Below, one piece after another: positions 47,327 to 56,309 of a DNA stretch of 64,000 nt. The DNA comes from an uncultured Planctomycetia bacterium. GTDB taxonomy: Bacteria; Planctomycetota; Planctomycetia; Pirellulales; Thermoguttaceae. The stretch is taken from the NCBI GenBank assembly GCA_963727245.1, contig CAVSFO010000019.1, positions 4,371 through 68,370 of the forward strand. The letters run 5' to 3'. The notes under the pieces are model-generated. The model was not told the origin of the DNA and did not search any database. It was given only the letters and a program-made list of their open reading frames with translations. Positions within the stretch are counted from its first letter, which is position 1; every line of letters begins with the position of its first letter. The position numbers were made by a program, and so were the translations under genes.

Positions 47327-48745
47327 TTATTCGACGTTTCCACCTGTTGGTGCCGGAAACGGCCGCGCGGCAAGCTGACGCCGCATCTCAGCCGCAATAA
47401 AAAACGAGCCGGTGACGCAAATCAGGTCCTCCGGCCGGGCCAGCCGGCGCACCGCGTCCCAAGCGGCGGCCGGATCGCGGAAGACCGGATATTGCCGGCC
47501 GCTGAGTTGGTGAGCGATGGCCTGAAGCTCCTCTGCGGGCACGGCCCGGGGGTTGTCGAGGTATTGGGTAAACACCACCTCGTCGAACTGCCCCAGCAGA
47601 CGCTCAATCATGCCGCGAAGGTCCTTTTCTTGCGTGGAGGCGAAAAGGAGCAAACGCCGGGCAGCGGTAAAACTCTCGCCCAGGGTCTCGATCAGGGCCT
47701 CGATGGAGGCGACGTTATGGGCCCCGTCCAACACGACGGCCGGCCGCCGAGCGGCGACTTCCACCCGCGCCGGCCAGCTCGGGCCGGCCAGCCCGTGGCG
47801 GACCGCCTCTTCGGGAACCTTCCAGCCGGCCTGCCGCAACTGCCCCAGGGCGGCCAGGACCACGGCCATATTGGCCGCCTGATGCCGCCCCACCAGGCCC
47901 AGGGAAAGATCGCGGCACTCCTCGCCGGCAGCCGCCCGCCGCGTCGAGTGATAATCCATTTTGCCGGCCGCGGCCGCCTGTTCCAGATGCCGCGGCGGCC
48001 GGTACTCGAAATCGAAATCTACGCCCTGCTCCAGCAACCGGCAGCGACGCCGGCGGCAGACCTCGCGGATGACCTGGCGGGGTTCGTCGGCCGTCACGCC
48101 GCTCACGACCGGCACGGTGCGCTTGACGATGCCGGCCTTCTCGCCCGCAATCGCAGCCAGCGTATTGCCCAACTGCCGGGTGTGATCGAAGCTGATGCTT
48201 GTGATGATCGAGACGGCGGGAGTGCAGACGTTGGTGGCGTCCAGGCGGCCGCCCAGTCCGACTTCCAACACGGCCAGGTCGATTTTTTCGCGGGCGAAGT
48301 GCAAGAGGGCTGCGGCGGTGAGGACCTCGAAGTAGGTCGGCCCGATCCGGCCGCCGCCGCGCCGGGCCGCCTGGCGGTCGAGGGTCTCGACCACCGGCCG
48401 GATTTCCGCCAGCAGGGCGGCGAACTGTGCCCCCGGGCAGGTCCGGCCGTCCACGGCGATCCGCTCTTCCACTCGTTCCAGGTGGGGCGAAGTGTACAGC
48501 CCGGTCCGATAGCCGGCCGCGGAAAGGATGGCGGCCAAGGCCGCCGCGGTCGAGCCCTTTCCCTTGGTGCCGGCCACGTGGACGATCGGCAAGCCCTTGT
48601 GCGGGTTGCCCAGCCGGGCCAGCAACTGTCTCATGTGCGCGAGGCGGAACTCGGCCAGGCCGTAGGGCATGATCCGCATCCGCTCGTAGTCGATGCGGTC
48701 GGCGAGGAACCGCAGGGCCGCTTCGTGCTGGTCGGGGCTCGGCAT
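47327..48745 (-). CDS. folC: Bifunctional folylpolyglutamate synthase / dihydrofolate synthase.
   Basis: P-loop VAGTKGKGST, TSPHL, and Mur-ligase middle and C-terminal domain character. Confidence 0.9.
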   Translation of the reverse strand: MPSPDQHEAALRFLADRIDYERMRIMPYGLAEFRLAHMRQLLARLGNPHKGLPIVHVAGTKGKGSTAAALAAILSAAGYRTGLYTSPHLERVEERIAVDGRTCPGAQFAALLAEIRPVVETLDRQAARRGGGRIGPTYFEVLTAAALLHFAREKIDLAVLEVGLGGRLDATNVCTPAVSIITSISFDHTRQLGNTLAAIAGEKAGIVKRTVPVVSGVTADEPRQVIREVCRRRRCRLLEQGVDFDFEYRPPRHLEQAAAAGKMDYHSTRRAAAGEECRDLSLGLVGRHQAANMAVVLAALGQLRQAGWKVPEEAVRHGLAGPSWPARVEVAARRPAVVLDGAHNVASIEALIETLGESFTAARRLLLFASTQEKDLRGMIERLLGQFDEVVFTQYLDNPRAVPAEELQAIAHQLSGRQYPVFRDPAAAWDAVRRLARPEDLICVTGSFFIAAEMRRQLAARPFPAPTGGNVE

Positions 48746-48781
48746 GGCAGGGATGCGAACTCAGGAGGGGGCGGGCAGAAG

Positions 48782-49524
48782 TCAGGCGCCCTCGGCGGGC
48801 AAGCGGGCGGGGACCGGCAATTTGACGGTCAACTGCGTGCCCCGGCCCAACTCGCTCTGCAAGGCGATCGAACCGCCGTGGGCCTCGATGATCTTCCGTG
48901 CCGTGGGAAGCCCCAGGCCGGAACCGCCGCTCTTCGTCGAAAAAAAGGCGTCGAAGACCTGTTCCCGCGTGTGCTCGTCCATGCCCAGGCCGGTGTCGAT
49001 CAGGTCCAGGGCCACGCCCTCCGGCGTGCCGTAGGTGCGGACCACCAGTTGGCCGCCCTCCGGCATGGCCTGCTGGGCGTTGAGGACCAGGTTCAACAGC
49101 GCCCCGTGAAAACTCTCGCGATCCAGCAACACGGTGGGCAAATCGCTGGTCAAGTAATCGACGATCTCGATATGGGCTTCCTCCGCCTTGGGGCGAAAGA
49201 AGTCCAGCATCTGCTTGACCTGGAGGTTGAGATCGGCCGGTTCCAGCCGCAGGCGGCGGACCTTGGCGAAGTTGAGGAAATCGTCCAACAGGTCTTGCAG
49301 CCGCTGGCATTCCCGCTGCACGACCGCCACCTTCTTCAGCGCCCGGCGGTCCGGCGGCGATTGGCTGTCGCGGAGGTCCTCGGCCATGAGGTCCATGTTC
49401 AAGCGGATCGTCGACAGCGGGTTCTTGATTTCGTGGGCCAGCGCCCGGCCAGGCGGGCGATCTCGGTGTACTGATCGATCAGCCGCTTGCGGACGTCCTC
49501 GGCGCTGGGAGACGATTGGATCAT
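48782..49524 (-). CDS. Minimal cytoplasmic histidine kinase (HisKA plus HATPase only), with one apparent frameshift.
   Basis: The ATG at 49524 gives MIQSSPSAEDVRKRLIDQYTEIARLAG|LAHEIKNPLSTIRLNMDLM.... N-box LLNLVLNAQQA and G-boxes DTGLGM and GSGLGLPTARKI. The break is at CCC 49444-49446. The stop lies 36 nt before the folC start. Confidence 0.75.
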
Positions 49525-49596
49525 CACGACACCGCTGCGGGCCGCATGGTTAGAGCGGCCGAACGGACCGGGAGGGTATCCGGCCCCCGTGAACAG

Positions 49597-49914
49597 TTAT
49601 GGCTCTTCCCGTTTCGTGGCACTGGCTTCTTTCTTCGGCCACTTCTGTTTCTCGACCGAGGCTCGCCAAAAGAAGGAAAGTCCGCACGCCACAAAGAGAG
49701 CGATTACACCAAACGCGATCGCGCGGTAGTACGGTGACAACACCGCCCCGCCGAGAAGCACAATCGCTACGCTTACCAGTGCGCATTCGATGAACGCGCA
49801 TCCGATGAAGACTGCCAGGAAAGGTGGCATCCTCTCCCGGTGGGATCTCTCGCGGCGGGCTCTCCTCTCCCAGAAGCGGGCGTGATCGCCTGGTGACACG
49901 CGACACATAACCAC
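49597..49914 (-). CDS. Small two-TM membrane protein (weak call).
   Basis: 105-aa ORF. The internal start MPPFLAVFIGCAF gives a roughly 77-aa two-helix protein. No homology recognised. Confidence 0.35.
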   Translation of the reverse strand: MVMCRVSPGDHARFWERRARRERSHRERMPPFLAVFIGCAFIECALVSVAIVLLGGAVLSPYYRAIAFGVIALFVACGLSFFWRASVEKQKWPKKEASATKREEP

Positions 49915-49926
49915 TCCCGTTTCACG

Positions 49927-49993
49927 GCCCCCTCACCCCGACCCTCTCCGGGCACCGACCGAAGGTTGGTCGGGAGAGGGGGGAGGGGAGAGG
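49927..49993. repeat. Variant unit of the GGGAGAGGG/GGGTGAGGG repeat family with an enlarged loop.
   Basis: gccccctcaccccgaccctctccgggcaccgaccgaaggttggtcgggagaggggggaggggagaggg. Located directly downstream of the pnp stop. Confidence 0.6.
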
Positions 49994-50002
49994 GATAAAT
50001 CG

Positions 50003-52123
50003 TCATTTCTTTTCGTCGCTTTGAGCGCCGGCGGCGGCGGCCTGCTCGCGGAGCACGGCCTTGCGGCTGAGCTTGACGCGGTCCTGGTCGTCGATGGCGA
50101 TGACCTTGACTTCCAGCTCGTCGCCGACCTTGCAAACGTCGGCCACGCTGGAGACGTATTGGTCGGACAGCTCGCTGATGTGGCAGAGGCCGTCTTTGCC
50201 GGGAAGGATTTCGATGAAGGCGCCGAAGTCCTTGACGCTGGCCACGCGGCCTTTGTAGATGCGGCCGACTTCCACCGAGGCGGTCAGGGCCTCGACGCGC
50301 CGCAGGGCCTCTTCGGCCGCTTCGGCCACGGTGCCGGCCACGGTCACGGTGCCGTCGTCCTCGACCTCGATCGAGGCGCCCGTCGCTTCCTGGATGGCGC
50401 GGATCGTCTTTCCGCCCGGACCGATCAGCAGGCCGATCTTCTCCGGGTCGATGTGCGTCCGCAGCAGCCGCGGCGCCCAGAGGGAAATGCTCTCTCGCGG
50501 CCGGGAAATGACCGTGAGCATCTTGCGGAGGATCTCGATGCGGGCGTCGCGCGATTGGGTCAACGTGGCGCGGATGATCTCTTCGCTGATGCCGCGGATC
50601 TTCAGGTCGAGCTGGATGCCCGTGATGCCGTTCTGGGTGCCGGCGATCTTGAAGTCCATGTCGCCGAAATGGTCTTCGTCGCCGATGATGTCGGTCAACA
50701 GGACCCAGCGATCGGCTTCCTTGACCAGGCCGACGGAGATGCCGGCCACGGGGTTGCTGATGGGCACGCCGGCGGCCATCAGGCCCAGGGTGGCCGCGCA
50801 CACGCTGGCCATCGAGCTGGAGCCGTTGGACTCCAGGATGTCGGAGATGATGCGGATCGTGTAGGGGAAGGCGTCGGGTTCAGGCAGGACGGGCTTCACG
50901 CTCCGCTCGGCCAGGGCGCCGTGGCCGATTTCGCGGCGTCCCGGGCCGCGGATCGGCCGGCACTCGCCCACCGAGAACGGCGGGAAGTAGTAGTGGAGCA
51001 TGAATTTCTGCGAGTATTCCTCGACCAGGCCGTCCACACGCTGCTCGTCGCGTCCCGTGCCCAAGGTGACGGTGACCAGGGCCTGGGTTTCGCCGCGCTG
51101 GAAGAGGGCGGAGCCGTGTACCCGCGGCAGCAGGTCGATTTCGCATCCCAGCGGCCGCAAAGTGCGATTATCGCGGCCGTCGGCCCGGACGCCGGAGAGG
51201 ATCAGCGCGCGGACCACCCGGCTCTCCAGGGCGTGCCAGGCAATGTTGAACTGCTCGGCGGCGATGGCGCCGGCGGCCGCGGGGTCCGGGATCAACTCGG
51301 CCACCGCACGCTGCTTCACCGCCGCGCAGGCCTCGGCCCGGGCCTGCTTTCCCTCGGTCCGCTTGGCCTGCTTGAGGTCCTCGAAATACTTGGCCGACAG
51401 GGTATCGATGAGGTGGTCGGGCTCGGGCACTTCGTACTGCGCCTTCACTGCGCCGGACTTTGCGGCCAGTTCTTCCTGCATGTCGCACAGTTGGCGGACG
51501 TAGTCGTGGGCGGCGGCGATGGCGCACGACATGACGTCTTCGGGCAACTCGCGGGCGAAGCCCTCGATCATGAGAATGGCGTCCTTGGTGCCCGAGACGA
51601 TCAGGTCCAGATCGCTCTCCTCCAGGGCGTCATGGGTGGGGAAGGGCACGAACTCGCCGCCGACGTAACCCAGCCGCACCGAGGCGATCGGGCCGTGGAA
51701 GGGCATCGGCGAGACCACCAGGGCCGCCGAGGCCCCGTTCATGGCCAGCACGTCGCCGTCGTTCTGGCGGTCGGAGGCCAGCACGAAGCTCATCACCTGG
51801 ACTTCGTCGTGGAACCACTCGGGGAACGAGGGGCGGATGGGGCGATCGATGAGCCGGGCGGTGAGGACTTCCTTGGTGGTGGGGCGGCCTTCGCGCTTGA
51901 GGAAGCCGCCGGGAAATTTGCCCGCCGCCGCCACCCGCTCGCGATAATCGCAGGTCAGCGGAAAGAAGTCGATTCCCGTGCGTCCCGGGCCGGTCGCCGT
52001 CGCGCAGAGGACGACGGTATCGCCGTACTGGACCAAACAACTGCCGGCGGCTTGCTTGGCCAGCCCACCGGTCTCCAGGGAAAAAACGCTCGCTCCAATC
52101 TGTTTTTCTACTCGTACTTTCAA
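50003..52123 (-). CDS. pnp: Polyribonucleotide nucleotidyltransferase (PNPase).
   Basis: Two RNase PH domains, plus KH (IGPGGKTIRAI) and S1 (GRIYKGRVASVKDFGAFIEI) domains. TTG start at 52123 (MKVRVEKQIG...) is preceded by GGAAGG/AGGAA. The upstream part of ORF ..52318 is not used. Confidence 0.93.
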   Translation of the reverse strand: MKVRVEKQIGASVFSLETGGLAKQAAGSCLVQYGDTVVLCATATGPGRTGIDFFPLTCDYRERVAAAGKFPGGFLKREGRPTTKEVLTARLIDRPIRPSFPEWFHDEVQVMSFVLASDRQNDGDVLAMNGASAALVVSPMPFHGPIASVRLGYVGGEFVPFPTHDALEESDLDLIVSGTKDAILMIEGFARELPEDVMSCAIAAAHDYVRQLCDMQEELAAKSGAVKAQYEVPEPDHLIDTLSAKYFEDLKQAKRTEGKQARAEACAAVKQRAVAELIPDPAAAGAIAAEQFNIAWHALESRVVRALILSGVRADGRDNRTLRPLGCEIDLLPRVHGSALFQRGETQALVTVTLGTGRDEQRVDGLVEEYSQKFMLHYYFPPFSVGECRPIRGPGRREIGHGALAERSVKPVLPEPDAFPYTIRIISDILESNGSSSMASVCAATLGLMAAGVPISNPVAGISVGLVKEADRWVLLTDIIGDEDHFGDMDFKIAGTQNGITGIQLDLKIRGISEEIIRATLTQSRDARIEILRKMLTVISRPRESISLWAPRLLRTHIDPEKIGLLIGPGGKTIRAIQEATGASIEVEDDGTVTVAGTVAEAAEEALRRVEALTASVEVGRIYKGRVASVKDFGAFIEILPGKDGLCHISELSDQYVSSVADVCKVGDELEVKVIAIDDQDRVKLSRKAVLREQAAAAGAQSDEKK

Positions 52124-52395
52124 GGTTCGTTCCTGCCTTCCTTCACTGAAGGAGTGTGGCGGTGGGAAGCGTCTCTGGCACCGGCTCGATGGCCGGACGC
52201 GTGCAACACGTGGACACTTGGCGTAACGGCGGCCCCGAAGGCCCCCGTCAAGGGGCTGCCGGGACCACGCCAGTGAGAGGACAGTGTGCTGCGGCCCCGC
52301 AACGCGACGCGGTTGCACGAGGCCAAGCCGCTTCGGTCGCGGCCGCCGCTGTACACCCCCGGGCGAGCTCTCTCGGCTGAGAAAGGCCGGGGCGA

Positions 52396-52665
52396 CTACT
52401 TACGAATGTCGAGGCGCCGGATGATTTCCAGGTAACGTTGCGGATTGACCTTCTTCAGATAATCCAACAGCCGCCGCCGGCGACTGACCAACATCAGCAG
52501 CCCTCGCCGGCAGGCAAAATCACGCTTGTGCCCGCGAAGGTGTTCGGTCAGCCCGTTAATCCGGGATGTCAGAATGGCGACTTGGACTTCCGGGGAGCCG
52601 GTATCCTGCTCCTTCCGTCGGAAGGTCCCAATCAACTCCTGCTTGCGCTCTTTAGTAATAGTCAT
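52396..52665 (-). CDS. rpsO: 30S ribosomal protein S15.
   Basis: 89 aa. [23 protein letters not shown]-type motifs. Confidence 0.95.
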   Translation of the reverse strand: MTITKERKQELIGTFRRKEQDTGSPEVQVAILTSRINGLTEHLRGHKRDFACRRGLLMLVSRRRRLLDYLKKVNPQRYLEIIRRLDIRK

Positions 52666-52791
52666 CGGTTACTGCGACTGCCCTACGTCGGCTGGCCGGG
52701 GATGCCCCTTGCTTTCGAAGCACAGCCCTCCCACCGTGTCTGCTAAAACGCTTCCCACCTAAATGCTTTGTTTAACAATACTGAAGCCACC

Positions 52792-52819
52792 AGTTTACTA
52801 CTTCTCTATAGTTTTGCAA
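52792..52819 (-). promoter_or_regulatory. Candidate sigma70-type promoter for rpsO.
   Basis: On the minus strand, TTGCAA (52819-52814), a 16-nt spacer, then TAAACT (52797-52792). Lies in the only AT-rich patch upstream of rpsO. Confidence 0.3.
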
Positions 52820-52969
52820 TGGTGGAAAGGGGCAAGGGCAAGAAAAATTTTCGCCCGCTCCGGAGCATCCCCAACAGGAGGGGTTGGACTGGAAAAGCCG
52901 GGCGGGAGATGCTGTGCCACGGCTGTTTCAGCCGTGCTGCGATTGACGGGTTTTGCCCGACTTCCTCTT

Positions 52970-53052
52970 GTAGGGTGGGTCGAGCGGAGCGAGCCCCACC
53001 ATCAGCTTTTCGCGGATTTTTGGTGGGGCTCGCTGCGCTCGACCCACCCTAC
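52970..53052. repeat. REP-like palindrome, GTAGGGTGGGTCGAGCG.AGCGAGCCCCACCA family.
   Basis: Arms at 52970-53001 and 53021-53052 are near-perfect complements. A second copy lies at 58206-58288, and a degenerate, expanded copy at 55601-55739. Confidence 0.8.
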
Positions 53053-53079
53053 GGGTCTGCCAGCGTCAGGCCGGCCTGC

Positions 53080-53412
53080 CTAATGGCTGGCCGGTTGCTT
53101 CTCGGCATGTTGCTCACGCAACAGCTTGTGGGCCTTGCGGAACTGCTCGAGGGTCATCCCGGTGACGCTGCCCTTCGTGGTGGTGCCGCCCAGCGACGTC
53201 AACTTGTTGTAAAACGCCTCGGCCTTCGCCGGGCCCGCCTTCGTACGGGCGGCGACGAATTCCTGGAGCGTCAGGATACCGTCGTGATTGGTATCCATCT
53301 TGGCGAAGCGATCCGCCAAGGAGTGGTGTTTCTTGCACTGCTCCTGGGCAGGGGCATTAACCGCCAGCACGCACAACATCATCAGGCTCAACAACATCGT
53401 CCACAGTCTCAT
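53080..53412 (-). CDS. Secreted EF-hand calcium-binding protein.
   Basis: The ATG at 53412 lies inside ORF 53080..53601. Signal peptide present. Canonical EF loop DTNHDGILTLQEF. Confidence 0.7.
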   Translation of the reverse strand: MRLWTMLLSLMMLCVLAVNAPAQEQCKKHHSLADRFAKMDTNHDGILTLQEFVAARTKAGPAKAEAFYNKLTSLGGTTTKGSVTGMTLEQFRKAHKLLREQHAEKQPASH

Positions 53413-53630
53413 ATCGCACTCCTCTATTTGGGGGGAAAAACTTGGAGAAGCCATCTTCTCTCTAAGAGGATCAACCCCGGCCGGCCTGCCAGGTTCCGGC
53501 GGGGCCGAAAATTGCCGGTTCACCCAGGACCCCGATTGCTCATCAATCGCGGGCAGTGCCGACGAGAAAAGCCCCCCCCGCTTGCAACGGGGGGGCGGCA
53601 TCCAGCGGCAAGAATTTAGTGAAGTAACCC

Positions 53631-54782
53631 CTAGTGGGGGTGATGGAATTTCCAGATCGCTTCCGCCGCCGACCGAACCGCGTCTCTGCGCGATCGCGCG
53701 TCCCCTTGAGCCGCCTCGATCTTGTAAAGAATGTCGCCGTCCCGGAAGACAAACACCTCGCGACTCTCGGCGGTCGCCGTCGCGGCCTTCAGGCCGTGGA
53801 ATTCCGTCGCTCGGTATTCATAGTCCGGCTCGGTCAGAATATCGGCGGGCATGGGATTACCGGTCGTTACTCTCGGGGGCAGCTTCGCTGGCTTGCGGTA
53901 GCAGTTGACGGCCACCGCCACACCGGTCGGTTTCTGGGTAAACGCGACCGGCTTACGCCAATCAGTCTTCGAACGTGGGTCCGTGGGCCCACTGACGTAA
54001 ATCAGGCCAGGCAGTTCGTGGGGCAGGAGATTAGCCCGTGGATACTCCCAGTCTTCGAATCCGCCACCGACAGTCTTCCTGAGCGACGCCTGGGTATTCA
54101 CCGGGACGTCTTGGCGAACGTTTGGCACCATCTGGGCCGCACGCCCTGTGCGGTCGACGCTAAATCCGCAACCGGCTGGCGGGGTAATCGGCGGAACGGG
54201 GGTGCCAGCGGCCGGCGGGCGAGGGAAGGAATCAACCGACTCCGGGTCGCTGGGGCGAGCGGTGATTCCTGCCTTGCCCAGTTCCTTGACGACCAAGTTC
54301 ACTAATCTACGCTGGGCCCCAGGATCGCTTGTCGTCGTTTCGATCATGATCTTGGCGGACGTGCCAGGCACGACAAGATCAGTCGAGCCGTAGTGACAGC
54401 CGGGTGGGGGAATGAACGGCGTCCCCGGCGGCCCTTTGAAAAAATCGGCGTACGCGTCGATTCTCAGCCGGCCGTAGCCGCGGACCGGACGGGCCAGGTT
54501 GCGCGACTTCGACGGAAAATTCGGCCAGCTTTCGGCGGTATCCGTGGCGATCGTCAGGTATCCTTCGCCCTTTTCGATTTTTGCCTTCTTCAAGGGTCCG
54601 AGAATCTTGTCGTCCGTTACTCCCTCCTGGACGGCCTTCAGGGCGGTGGCGGCCTTGGCGAGGAAATCTCGCCCAGCCGCATGAGCCGGACCGTCAGCAG
54701 CGGTCGCTCCCAGCACTCCCATGCTGGCGAAAACGGCCGCGACCATCGCAACAAAACCCAATCCGAAGCGTCTTTCCTTCAT
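53631..54782 (-). CDS. Secreted hypothetical protein.
   Basis: 383-aa intact ORF with a signal peptide. Lower GC than its surroundings. No family recognised. Confidence 0.55.
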   Translation of the reverse strand: MKERRFGLGFVAMVAAVFASMGVLGATAADGPAHAAGRDFLAKAATALKAVQEGVTDDKILGPLKKAKIEKGEGYLTIATDTAESWPNFPSKSRNLARPVRGYGRLRIDAYADFFKGPPGTPFIPPPGCHYGSTDLVVPGTSAKIMIETTTSDPGAQRRLVNLVVKELGKAGITARPSDPESVDSFPRPPAAGTPVPPITPPAGCGFSVDRTGRAAQMVPNVRQDVPVNTQASLRKTVGGGFEDWEYPRANLLPHELPGLIYVSGPTDPRSKTDWRKPVAFTQKPTGVAVAVNCYRKPAKLPPRVTTGNPMPADILTEPDYEYRATEFHGLKAATATAESREVFVFRDGDILYKIEAAQGDARSRRDAVRSAAEAIWKFHHPH

Positions 54783-54867
54783 GGCACTACACTCCCGTGT
54801 TCAGCAGGCGTTTCCTTCCTTACGCGGGCAATTGCGGGTGAATTCCGCGTCCCGGGCGTTCTTGGCC

Positions 54868-55313
54868 CTACAGCTTCGTTCCGCACTCCTTGCAAAACTT
54901 CGCATCCTCTTCGTTCAGGGCCCTGCAGGAGGGGCATTTGAGCATGACCACCTTCTGGGGCTCGGTGGAGCCAATCTTGATTTGCGCCTCATCCAAGGCG
55001 TCCTTCACCATGCCGCCGGCCATGCGGGTGAAAGGTTCGAGGTCCTCGGCGCTTTTTCCGGATCGAGAACCACTCCGGACCCGGCCAGCCCCCTGGCGCC
55101 GATTCCTTGGATGATGCCGCCAAGCACGAGAAGGAAGAAGCCTACGAAACCTCTTACCATATCCGACTTCGCATTGTCCTGCATATTCGAGAAGTCGCCG
55201 ATGTGCATGGCGGCAGTGATGAACATCGAAGCGAACATCAACCCGCCGACGATCATCAGGCCCATGCCGATGTAGTAAGTCGTCCGCCTGCCTTCGGATA
55301 TTTGTTTGCTCAT
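54868..55313 (-). CDS. Two-TM membrane protein with a C-terminal zinc ribbon, with one apparent frameshift.
   Basis: The ATG at 55313 is preceded by GAGGAAA. After ...GVVLDPEK the frame switches at the T5 run 55053-55057 to ...AEDLEPFTRMAGGMV...CPSCRALNEEDAKFCKECGTKL*. Confidence 0.65.
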
Positions 55314-55515
55314 GGTTTCCTCGTTGCCCAGCGGCTTTTTGAGCCTGACGGCGCCCGCCGGGAGGAGGCGCAACGCAGGCCCCGTTCCCGTGGATTGCCC
55401 GAACCCTTTCACCGCGCCCCATTGTACTACGCGCACGGGGGGATTCAAGATGAGTTCGCCCCGGCGGCGGGCACCATCTCCTCTGATGGGAGACGCCGAG
55501 GCGGGTCAGCCCGTA

Positions 55516-55574
55516 GGTTATGCGTCAGCATAACGAATCGGCGATGGCGTTTCAGGTTATGCTGAAGCATAACC
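55516..55574. repeat. Two tandem GTTATGC-N4-GCATAAC hairpins.
   Basis: Located at 55517-55534 and 55555-55574. Confidence 0.5.
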
Positions 55575-55576
55575 TG

Positions 55577-55758
55577 CTAGCCCGCATTTCTCACAAACAT
55601 GTAGGGTGGGTCGAGCAAACCGCAAACCTGGTGGGACTTCGGTCGCTCGCCGGACGTTGATTTCCGCGCAACCTGGAATTCAAGCGAGATGCGGTTTGCG
55701 AAGACCCACCAGAAGTTGCGCGACCTTGTCCCACCCTACGGTGAGAAATGCGGGCTAG
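55577..55758. repeat. Nested 182-nt palindromic element next to tRNA-Ile.
   Basis: Outer arms are ctagcccgcatttctcac (55577-94) and gtgagaaatgcgggctag (55741-58). Inner arms are gtagggtggg (55601-10) and cccaccctac (55730-39). Confidence 0.7.
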
Positions 55759-55847
55759 CCGAGGCGACTCCGCCTGCTCCCGATGCTCGGCCAGCAGCCG
55801 GCAGAGTCAACGTTTCTCAAGCCCGGAGCGGCCAGACGTAGAAAAAG

Positions 55848-55921
55848 TGGGCGCACGAAGAGTCGAACTTCGGACCTCGTCCTTATCAGGGACGCGCTCT
55901 AACCAACTGAGCTATGCGCCC
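55848..55921 (-). tRNA. tRNA-Ile (anticodon GAU).
   Basis: Hand-folded cloverleaf: acceptor GGGCGCA/TGCGCCC, D stem GCTC/GAGC, anticodon stem CGTCC/GGACG with loop CTGATAA, T stem CGAAG/CTTCG with loop TTCGACT, and discriminator A. No encoded CCA. Confidence 0.95.
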
Positions 55922-56309
55922 AAGCGTGTCACGCTGCTTGGGAAGGTATCGGCGTGCCGCCGGCCCGCCGTCACTCCCGTTCTGCGGCACAACTGGCATT
56001 TTAGTGGCTGAGGCCAAGGTGTCAAACCCCCTTCCCCAGTATACCCATGTTTTCCAGTTGCCGACGCGAGAGGCGCCGGCAAAACCAACCTAACCGGAAA
56101 AATCGCTGCAAACTATGATGGTGATGCCCAGCGCAGGCCGAAACAGAGAAAACCGGTGGTTCACAGAAGGGGACAGTCCCATTTTCGTCCGACCATGCTT
56201 CGCACGGTGCCCGAAATTGGGACAGCCCCCAGATAGTATATCCTCGCCAATTGCCTTGCATCTCACAAGGAGGGAGCGGGGGACTTCAGTGACAGAAAGG
56301 GACGCTCCG

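Noticed and set aside
55577-55921. Prophage or integrative element inserted at tRNA-Ile.
   Set aside because: No integrase, excisionase or phage genes occur within the window. I could find no duplicate of the tRNA 3' end that would mark an att site.
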